In this document: positions 24,301 to 30,703 of the stretch, one piece after another
How positions within the stretch are numbered: the first letter of the stretch is position 1
How the letters are laid out: every line of letters begins with the position of its first letter
NCBI RefSeq assembly: GCF_000018105.1
Contig: NC_009925.1
Span: 3,510,001 to 3,542,000 of the forward strand
Length of the DNA stretch: 32,000 nucleotides
Direction of reading: 5' to 3'
Origin: Acaryochloris marina MBIC11017
GTDB lineage: Bacteria > Cyanobacteriota > Cyanobacteriia > Thermosynechococcales > Thermosynechococcaceae
Program-made: the position numbers and the translations under genes
The notes under the pieces: generated by a model
Database searches by the model: none
What the model was told of the DNA's origin: nothing
The model's input: the letters and a program-made list of their open reading frames with translations, nothing else

Positions 24301-26433
24301 TAGAGTGATGATCAGCTTAAAGCGATCGCCTGCATGGTCTATGGCTCCAAACATCAGGTCCAAGAACTGCTGACGATCTTCAGGAGCCGCGAGGGTAAAT
24401 AACTCTTCGAACTGATCGATTACGAGGACGATGGTGGATTGGGGGTGCGATCGCAACCAATACACAAATCCCTCAGTTCCCTGATAGAGCATTCCTTCTA
24501 ACTGCAATCGCTGATATTGCTGCTCTTTGGCCGTCCCACTCTCGATTAACCGTTCCACTAAGGCTTGTAAAGGTTTGGCTCCTGGTCGGAGGCTCCGTAC
24601 CCACCATTGGTCACTGTCTGGAATATGCTGCCCCTGCTGCAGTTGGGCCATCAACCCTGCCTGCACCACTGAGGATTTACCGCTGCCGGAAGCGCCCACA
24701 ACGGCTAGAAAAGATTGATCTCGCACCGCCTCAATCAGTTGCTGGGTCAAGGCTTCCCGTCCAAAGAAAAACGGTGCATCATCGGGGCCAAAGGCCCGCA
24801 GCCCCATATAAGGACAAATCCCTAAGTCAAAATCTGAGGTAGTACTGCGCGCCCCCATCCCACCGGGCAATACTTCAATCACGCCCTGCACCCCAGATAG
24901 CCAGGTCTGCAGCTGTATCTCACTCCCTGCTAGCTGCATCTGGAGCTGAGCAATCCAGCTAGCCACAGGCATTCCCTCTTGGGGATTGGCTTGCGTTAGG
25001 GTCTCATACAAAACGTCTGCAAACTGTTCCGGCTGATCGGCGGGAGCTGCTGCGGCTAACAGACACTGGCCCTGATAATGGGTCTGTAAATCTTCAATCC
25101 AATCCAGCAGATCTGTATCCCCAGGACAGTCCAGAATCACAATTTGCTGGGCCAAAGGCGACCGTCGCAGCATCTGCCGCAACCAGGACCGACTAATCGC
25201 CACCCCTTCCGGCAACACCAGATGAGCCTCGCCCGTTTCCGTCTGTTCCGTTTTGCCCCGCAAGTAGAGGAGTGCGGTTGTCACCGTCGTGGGGGTAGGC
25301 TGAGCTGGATCCGCAATTTGCAAACAGGTTTGAATGGCCTCTCGCACGTCTTGCCAGGTTTGCTCCGCCTGGGGGAAATAGGTCAGCTCAAAGGCCCCCG
25401 CCCCGCGCAACACTTTTCCAAATGCCAACGCTGTGGGATTATCTGCCAATCCTGCCACCATCAGGGCCTGCCGAGGATAAGCATGGACAGGCAGCTCCGG
25501 CTGTAGCCCCAGTACCAATTCCCCCACCCCTTCCACAATCCGCTTCGGCGTCTGTTGGGGATATTCGGCATCGAGCTGGGTTTCGCCCCGGCCTCGCTTT
25601 TGCTGGTTGATCAGGCGCAGCTGCTGGTTGACCTTATCGATATAGCGTAGGGTCTGGTAGTAGACGTACTTATAGAGGGCATCGGCTTCAATCACTCCGT
25701 CATTGTCGGCAGCCTCGCCCAGCAATCCTTGAATCAGGTAATAGGTAAACACCCCATGTTCCAGCTCGGGAAACTCCCAGGACTGTTGGTTCTGATCACA
25801 GGATAGAAGCGCATAAAACCCCTTACTCTGGGCCGCCCGCTGTCGTAACAGGGCCATCAGTTGGGGGATTGGATTGGGTAATGGGTCTGGGGTTTCATCT
25901 TTACTCCCCAGCTGCATACTTATACCGCCGCTATGGCAAGCATCCAGCCACACCAATTGCTGACGAGCAGCACTATTGGCCAGGGTCGTGAGTAATTCCT
26001 GCACCGGAAGTCCCGTCTGCAGTAGCTGTTCCTTTTGGGTATCAGCGAGGCATAAATAGGTTTGCTGAGTCGGCGGATCAACGACGCCATGCCCTGAAAA
26101 ATAAAATAGAAGGGTGTCTTGCGGTTGGGCCTGCTCGACACTTTTCTGAAGGCTCGTACGAATGCTCGCTAGGTCAGGTAAGGTGCCGGATGCCTGAGGA
26201 TGATCGTGATGCAAAACAATGGATTTTTGCGGAAACGCCGCTGTGGCAGTCGTCAGGGCATCCCCCAATCCCTGACAGTCTAAAGCTGGATAGGCCAGGT
26301 TCGATAGTTGTGCATCAGCATAATGATTAACCCCTACCAACACGACCCATAGCTTGGCTTCTCCCGATTCCAAGGCTCGGGTTGATCGACTGGTTTTGAC
26401 GCTAACAGGGGACATAATGGTGGTGGGCTTCAC
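21304..26433 (-). CDS. Giant orthocaspase (peptidase C14), pseudocaspase, STAND-type P-loop NTPase, TM helix, 14xWD40 protein
   Basis: 1709-aa uninterrupted ORF (GTG at 26433; first ATG at 26415). Motifs are listed in the sub-features that follow. Confidence 0.9.
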   Translation of the reverse strand: MKPTTIMSPVSVKTSRSTRALESGEAKLWVVLVGVNHYADAQLSNLAYPALDCQGLGDALTTATAAFPQKSIVLHHDHPQASGTLPDLASIRTSLQKSVEQAQPQDTLLFYFSGHGVVDPPTQQTYLCLADTQKEQLLQTGLPVQELLTTLANSAARQQLVWLDACHSGGISMQLGSKDETPDPLPNPIPQLMALLRQRAAQSKGFYALLSCDQNQQSWEFPELEHGVFTYYLIQGLLGEAADNDGVIEADALYKYVYYQTLRYIDKVNQQLRLINQQKRGRGETQLDAEYPQQTPKRIVEGVGELVLGLQPELPVHAYPRQALMVAGLADNPTALAFGKVLRGAGAFELTYFPQAEQTWQDVREAIQTCLQIADPAQPTPTTVTTALLYLRGKTEQTETGEAHLVLPEGVAISRSWLRQMLRRSPLAQQIVILDCPGDTDLLDWIEDLQTHYQGQCLLAAAAPADQPEQFADVLYETLTQANPQEGMPVASWIAQLQMQLAGSEIQLQTWLSGVQGVIEVLPGGMGARSTTSDFDLGICPYMGLRAFGPDDAPFFFGREALTQQLIEAVRDQSFLAVVGASGSGKSSVVQAGLMAQLQQGQHIPDSDQWWVRSLRPGAKPLQALVERLIESGTAKEQQYQRLQLEGMLYQGTEGFVYWLRSHPQSTIVLVIDQFEELFTLAAPEDRQQFLDLMFGAIDHAGDRFKLIITLRSDFIAPCLEYPALAQRLPESNILVPPALTTDSYRQVILNPAEQVGLAVEPELVEVLLEELSNLAGDLPLLEFVLEQLWEQRQPGVLTLAIYQQQIGGLKGALERKAQAVYDSLDAEAQVCAQWIFLALTQLGDGTEDTRRRIKKSDLIVPKYPAELVERTLKALTDAKLVIVSLEEDLAPAEISGSKGDEVPEPSEPDWLERIKQDVTVEVIHEILIRHWSTLRWWLEENRVRLQTQRQIEQAAEDWQQSQQSPDFLLRGVRLDAAAELYVKYTDELSTEVQAFVQTGLSAQAQEQQRAKQRLRRAQVAVGIIGLLGVVATGLAGMAFLQRQQTQLSEIRALNALSESQLRSHQQLEALLTSTQAARQMQNLWGWGIDGHTLGAIRTQTALTLGDAIANTHERNRLESHTQRVTSVSISSSGQWIASGSDDQTVRIWQASGQHLHTLDLGEKVNDVAFSPDDQSIAVITTQGTVQRWSPKTGKQLSSFAASPQGTGLAFHPQGHQLATAGRESVIKLWDAGTGQLVKPLSGHQGWVNAIALSDNVLVSASEDKTVRIWDVAKGQTLRTLPKQATAVTDIAISPDGQTLAASMEDGTIQLWTLSGQLLHTLKTKNVVATSVAFSPDGNTLVSAHADHSLRLWQVETGQLLSTLKGHSAPTLDAAFHPNGKTLVSASVDKQVRVWATPSIPEDTSPILAMAVSPDQQILATASLDGVIQLWRPDPQVGKVPFKTLKSETPIYALRFNADSQQLVSGHDSTIQVWDIHEGTVQRTLSGHTGKINSLDFSPNGKTLVSGSDDQTIRLWDATTGKPVKTIQAHDGSVTSVSMGPRYLASGSDDETVKLWQLDGTPVKTLTGHGLAVSQIQFNPEGNLLASASWDNTIKLWRDGTLVQTLTGHQNGVTSLAFLPDQPILVSGSADQSVKVWQVDQGRLIKTLDGLGAVAQINLLGKQIWVSTGETLQNANLDLDGLLEKGCRHLSSYLTTTAKLLPSQRQCSQ
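21400..23075 (-). repeat. 14 WD40 repeats (two putative 7-bladed propellers)
   Basis: 14 units counted by eye, each ending in ..[ST]..D.[ST][IV][KR][IVL]W (for example SGSDDQTVRIWQ, SASEDKTVRIWD, SGSDDQTIRLWD, SGSADQSVKVWQ). Confidence 0.85.
23311..23376 (-). other. Single predicted transmembrane helix (residues 1020-1041, VAVGIIGLLGVVATGLAGMAFL)
   Basis: A 22-residue uncharged hydrophobic stretch preceded by the basic cluster QRAKQRLRRAQ. It lies between the NTPase/helical region and the WD40 array. Confidence 0.7.
24415..24696 (-). other. STAND NTPase core: Walker A GASGSGKS (24673-24696, Lys586) and Walker B VLVIDQFEE (Asp673 = 24415-24417)
   Basis: Preceded by CPYMGLRAFGPDDAPFFFGRE, a motif I recognise from WD40/TPR-associated novel STAND (nSTAND-type) NTPases. 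Confidence 0.8.
25936..26091 (-). other. Caspase catalytic dyad region (His115 codon 26089-26091; Cys166 codon 25936-25938)
   Basis: LLFYFSGHGVV and LVWLDACHSGG are the canonical C14 His and Cys motifs in the correct order and spacing. Confidence 0.85.
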
Positions 26434-26705
26434 CCAGTTTTGATGTGTTTAAGGCTAGTGCCGCACTTGGCATGGGCTACTTTCTCCAAGTTATAGGGTT
26501 CGACATCAAGATTTATGCAAACCATCAGATTTTGATCGCATCACGGCTGGCACTGGACGGCTGATGCATTGATAATGTTGCCCTAAAACGGTTGTGGTCA
26601 AGTTAGAGATTGCCCGCTAAAAAGGTGTAAAAGAATAAAAATTAGCAGAATCAAATGCTTATCTCACTTTTGGTTAACTTCTTGCAGAGAAATAAGCCTA
26701 GACCA

Positions 26706-26733
26706 TTGGAGAATTGTAATTTTTAGCTAGAAT
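26706..26733 (+). promoter_or_regulatory. Candidate sigma70-type promoter for the GGDEF gene
   Basis: TTGGAG (26706-26711), 16-nt spacer, TAGAAT (26728-26733), 58 nt upstream of ATG 26791. By-eye match only. Confidence 0.3.
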
Positions 26734-26790
26734 CATCATCCTTGATATAAGAGTGGGCAACCTGATTTATCCCAACTCCACCCTGGTTTG

Positions 26791-28095
26791 ATGATGTTAG
26801 GTACATTCCTAAATCGGCTGCTTCAGCGTTTGTACCAGCGGGTGATTATGATTATGATCATCTTGTTCAGTCTAGGGCTAGGAGTCGCTTTTGTAGGTAC
26901 CTACTATCTCTCCATATATTGGGTAGATAGCCAAGCGGTGCAATATTCAAGCGTTGTTATTCAGACCTTAAATCAGGCCCGGCGGTTCTATAGCGAAGAT
27001 GTTGTTGATCGCCTAGAGTCTATCAAGGGTGTGCAAGTTATCCCTGAATATCATGCTGTCAGTGGCGGCATTCCCAACCCCGCCACCTTTACGATTGAAT
27101 TGGGTGAATTGCTGAGTAATCAGTCCACAGGGACCATCTTCCGACTCTATAGCAACTTTCCGTTTCCCCATCGACAGGCCACAGGAGGCCCTCAAGATCA
27201 ATTTGAACGGGCTGCACTCAACTATCTCCAAAATCATCCCCAGGCCGCTTACTATCGCAAAGAGCGAGTGGGAGATCGTCTTTCATTTCGATATACAGAA
27301 GCTGTTTTGATGGAACCCAGTTGTGTCGCATGCCACAATACATTGCCCAGTAGCCCCAAAAAAGACTGGAAGGTTGGTCAGGTTCGAGGGATTGCCGAAA
27401 TCACACAGCCTCTCGAACAGGGCCTACAAACGGCTCAGGGAGGTTTAAAGACTATCTATCTGGCCCTGACCATCATCATCACGTTGGCCATGATGGGGTT
27501 GGGGCTGGCTGTGGGTCGGTTCCGCACCCTTAATCAGGAACTAGAGAAGAAAGTTGCGGAAAGAACAGCTGCCCTTGAGCGATTAGCCATGGTGGATGAG
27601 CTGACTCAATTGGCCAACCGACGCCAATTTGATCAGCGTTTAGAGCAGGCCTGGAAAGTCGCTCGGAGACAGCAGCACCCTTTATCTTTAATTTTGTGTG
27701 ATGTTGATTATTTCAAAAACTACAACGATACCTATGGTCATCCAGCCGGAGATGAATGCTTGCGGTCGATAGCCAAAGTCTTAGACAGGAGCATCAGACG
27801 TCCTGGAGAATTTTCTGCCCGGTATGGTGGTGAAGAGTTTGCCATAGTTTTACCCAATGTCAGTCGTATGGATGCCATCCAAATCGTCACGACGATTCAA
27901 ACGGCCATTCACCAACTCCAAATTCCTCATCGCTCATCTTTAAACCATGCTTCTGTCACGCTAAGCCTGGGCATTGCCACGATGATTCCCAATGCTAATT
28001 ATTCCCCTGAACAATTGATACAAGCAGCGGATGAAGCCCTATACCAAGCTAAGCATCAAGGGCGAGATCGATATGTTGTCTGGGATAACCCGTAA
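26791..28095 (+). CDS. Diguanylate cyclase with N-terminal TM-anchored Tll0287/DUF3365-like CxxCH (heme c) sensor domain
   Basis: The track start 26788 is TTG, followed by ATG ATG. TM helix, then a periplasmic-type domain with CVACH (27322-27336), a second TM, a coiled coil, and a GGDEF domain with intact RYGGEEF (GGEEF = 27826-27840). No RxxD I-site lies immediately upstream of the motif. Confidence 0.85.
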   Translation: MMLGTFLNRLLQRLYQRVIMIMIILFSLGLGVAFVGTYYLSIYWVDSQAVQYSSVVIQTLNQARRFYSEDVVDRLESIKGVQVIPEYHAVSGGIPNPATFTIELGELLSNQSTGTIFRLYSNFPFPHRQATGGPQDQFERAALNYLQNHPQAAYYRKERVGDRLSFRYTEAVLMEPSCVACHNTLPSSPKKDWKVGQVRGIAEITQPLEQGLQTAQGGLKTIYLALTIIITLAMMGLGLAVGRFRTLNQELEKKVAERTAALERLAMVDELTQLANRRQFDQRLEQAWKVARRQQHPLSLILCDVDYFKNYNDTYGHPAGDECLRSIAKVLDRSIRRPGEFSARYGGEEFAIVLPNVSRMDAIQIVTTIQTAIHQLQIPHRSSLNHASVTLSLGIATMIPNANYSPEQLIQAADEALYQAKHQGRDRYVVWDNP

Positions 28096-28227
28096 GGAGC
28101 ATTACCGTAGATAAAATTTATGATGCCGCTGATGGGTGAATTGGTTGAGTGTCTTGCTCAGAGTGTCGGACTCAAACCCTGAACTCTACAATATTGGCTA
28201 GATAGTCTGGCTAGTTGTTTCGATCGG

Positions 28228-30204
28228 ATGGCGCTGATGCAACCTCAAGTCAACCTCTCTAGACGTCAGTTTCTGAGTGCAGCCAGTATGGCAATGGGCT
28301 CAATGATTCTCGATCAACGTTTTGGAGATCCGGCTCAAGCGGTTGAGTTGCCCGGTACTGAGTATCTTGTTGGCGTGGGCAAAAGCGATATTACCGATCC
28401 AGCCATTGGCTTAGGCATGCAAGGGATGGCGGATAAGCATCAGCGTACGACGGGGGTTGAATCCCAACTCTATGCCAAAGTCTTTATTGTGGTTGATCCA
28501 GAGTCTGCGAAGCGAGTTGCGATCGCATCCACCGATCTCTGGTCGGGCACCCATATCGTCAAGCATGAAGTCCTGCAGCGCCTCCAAAAGATTTACGGTC
28601 CTGACCTGTACCAACTCGCTAATCTGCTCATTAGTGGAACCCATACCCACAGTGGACCGGGTGGTTATTCCCACTACTATCTGTACAACCATAGTTTGGG
28701 TGGACCCAACCAAATTGGCGGCTTTGATCGCCACAATTTTGAATGTATCGTCTCAGGGATTGTGGCAGCAATTCAGCAAGCCCATCACCAGCTAGCCCCC
28801 GGCAAAATCTACGTTAACCAAGGACAAATCGAGGATTGCGGCAGACAACGCTCACCCGCAGCCTACGAGCAAAATCCGGAAGCAGAACGCAAGCAGTACG
28901 GTCGCGACACGGACAATGAAATGCTGCTGCTGAAATTTGTCCATGTGAACGGTACCACCGAGACACCCATTGGCCTCTTGAACTGGTACGCCATCCATCC
29001 CACGGATCGCGGACAATACAACACCCTAGTAACGGGAGATAACAAAGGATATGCGGCAGAGCAGTTTGGTGAATCCATTGTTGCAGCCTTTGCCAATGCC
29101 AACTGTGGTGATGTCTCTGGTAATGTCGCCTATGGCTCTATCCCAACGGGCATCAACGATAGCGAGCGAATGCAAAAACATGGCCAGCAGCAATATCAGC
29201 AGGCTCAAGTTTTATTCGACCAGGCCATTGAACCCCTGCAGGGCAGTATCGACTATCGACATACATTTATTGATATGTCCCATATTGAGATTGCCGACCA
29301 GCCAGGGAAACGAACCTGGCCCGCAGCGTTAGGACTCTCCTTTGCTGCTGGCAGTAGTGAAGATAGCGATCCACCCTTTCAATTTAGAGAAGGGATCACC
29401 GTCAGAACGATTACCAAGGCAGAGGCCTCGATTTTAGCGGCTTCCGGCGTGATTGCTGCGCTTGAGATGCCCGGTGCTGACCTCCCTGGCCACTTGGACC
29501 GCAAGCTCACCCGAGATTTTGTTGACGGCCATGCTCCCAAACCCATTGCCTTTGCCCCTGGTTTAGCCAATCCCGACACGGACTACTACCCCATTACGCC
29601 AAAAGGAGTTCCCATTCAAATCCTTAAAATTGGCAACCTAGTTTTAACAGGTATCCCTGGTGAAATCACCACCATGGCTGGCCGTCGCTTACGGGCAACG
29701 GTCCAGGCTGAGCTGAAAGCAGACTATCTTGCCCTTGCCACCTATGCTAATGCTTTCTCCCAATACATCACAACGTTTGAAGAGTACCAGGCCCAGCACT
29801 ACGAAGGTGCATCAACCTTGTATGGGCCATATACGTTGATGGCTTATCAGCAAGAGTTTCGCAAGTTGGCGTTAGCCATGAAGCGGGGACGACCTATCTC
29901 GCTGGGTTCAGTACCTCCGGCTCCGGATCCTCAAATGATGTTGCCGAGAGTGACCTTTAGAAACTTAACCAAAGTACTCCTCACTCCAACCTTTCATCAG
30001 AACGAAACTTCCCCACCACTCAAACTGTCTTCCTTGCAGTTGCCCCCAGAAACGGACGTAGCTTGGATGATGCCCAAAGACTATCGAGAGACGGGGTTAG
30101 TGGTGAGACTTGATGGGGCCAACGTCAAAATTGCCGTCAATTCCCTGGTGACGATTCATGCCGACCACAGCATTGAAGTATCGCCTTATCATCCCTTGAC
30201 TTAA
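28228..30204 (+). CDS. Neutral/alkaline ceramidase-family hydrolase with a Tat signal peptide
   Basis: 658 aa. Twin-arginine motif SRRQFLSAA. The GTHTHSGPGGY block is characteristic of neutral ceramidases. Length fits catalytic plus C-terminal domains. Confidence 0.8.
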   Translation: MALMQPQVNLSRRQFLSAASMAMGSMILDQRFGDPAQAVELPGTEYLVGVGKSDITDPAIGLGMQGMADKHQRTTGVESQLYAKVFIVVDPESAKRVAIASTDLWSGTHIVKHEVLQRLQKIYGPDLYQLANLLISGTHTHSGPGGYSHYYLYNHSLGGPNQIGGFDRHNFECIVSGIVAAIQQAHHQLAPGKIYVNQGQIEDCGRQRSPAAYEQNPEAERKQYGRDTDNEMLLLKFVHVNGTTETPIGLLNWYAIHPTDRGQYNTLVTGDNKGYAAEQFGESIVAAFANANCGDVSGNVAYGSIPTGINDSERMQKHGQQQYQQAQVLFDQAIEPLQGSIDYRHTFIDMSHIEIADQPGKRTWPAALGLSFAAGSSEDSDPPFQFREGITVRTITKAEASILAASGVIAALEMPGADLPGHLDRKLTRDFVDGHAPKPIAFAPGLANPDTDYYPITPKGVPIQILKIGNLVLTGIPGEITTMAGRRLRATVQAELKADYLALATYANAFSQYITTFEEYQAQHYEGASTLYGPYTLMAYQQEFRKLALAMKRGRPISLGSVPPAPDPQMMLPRVTFRNLTKVLLTPTFHQNETSPPLKLSSLQLPPETDVAWMMPKDYRETGLVVRLDGANVKIAVNSLVTIHADHSIEVSPYHPLT

Positions 30205-30608
30205 TGTTTCGGCCCGGCTTCATTCAGCCCAGACTCAACCTCTCATTTCTCCCTCATCAAACTTTTAAGTCAGGCTAATAGCGGCTTTATCAGTCATTTC
30301 TACAATCAGAGTTGAACTACAGCCAAGCCCAATGTTATGCGCATGTACTACATTTGTATTACAGGCTCAGGATGCCACTTACCTTGGTCATCAATTCATC
30401 CCCGCACTCAGGGACTGAGGGTTTGCCTTCTTTGGCTAATTTTGAACTTTCAATGCGGTCAGACCTAGCGGGAACTGCTAAACAAGGCCCTTGAGTCGGT
30501 TTACCTGAAGCATTGTTAACTGATCTTTAGTAACGATTACTCTATGTATCAGTCCACCATGGCCGCTTGGCCAACCTTACCCATCCCAAGGCCATCTCCT
30601 CACAATTC

Positions 30609-30657
30609 ATGGCATCTAATTCCCAGCATATTTAGAGATCTGGGAATTAGATGCCAT
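30609..30657. other. Perfect 18-bp inverted repeat with a 13-nt loop in the ceramidase-phoD spacer
   Basis: ATGGCATCTAATTCCCAG (30609-30626) / CTGGGAATTAGATGCCAT (30640-30657). It ends 46 nt upstream of the phoD ATG. No U-tract follows. Confidence 0.6.
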
Positions 30658-30703
30658 AGCCCTTGGCCCCAGTTCTGTAGCGCTTAACCCAACCAAATAT
30701 TTA

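Noticed and set aside
19534-26790. Search for a gasdermin-like or other pore-forming effector next to the caspase gene
   Set aside because: Upstream lies a divergent GGDEF gene and downstream an ankyrin protein. No ~250-300-aa unassigned ORF is present, so the canonical gasdermin-protease arrangement does not apply here.
30312-30494. 60-aa ORF in the ceramidase-phoD spacer
   Set aside because: It has a TTG start, no ribosome-binding site and no recognisable features. It is treated as non-coding.
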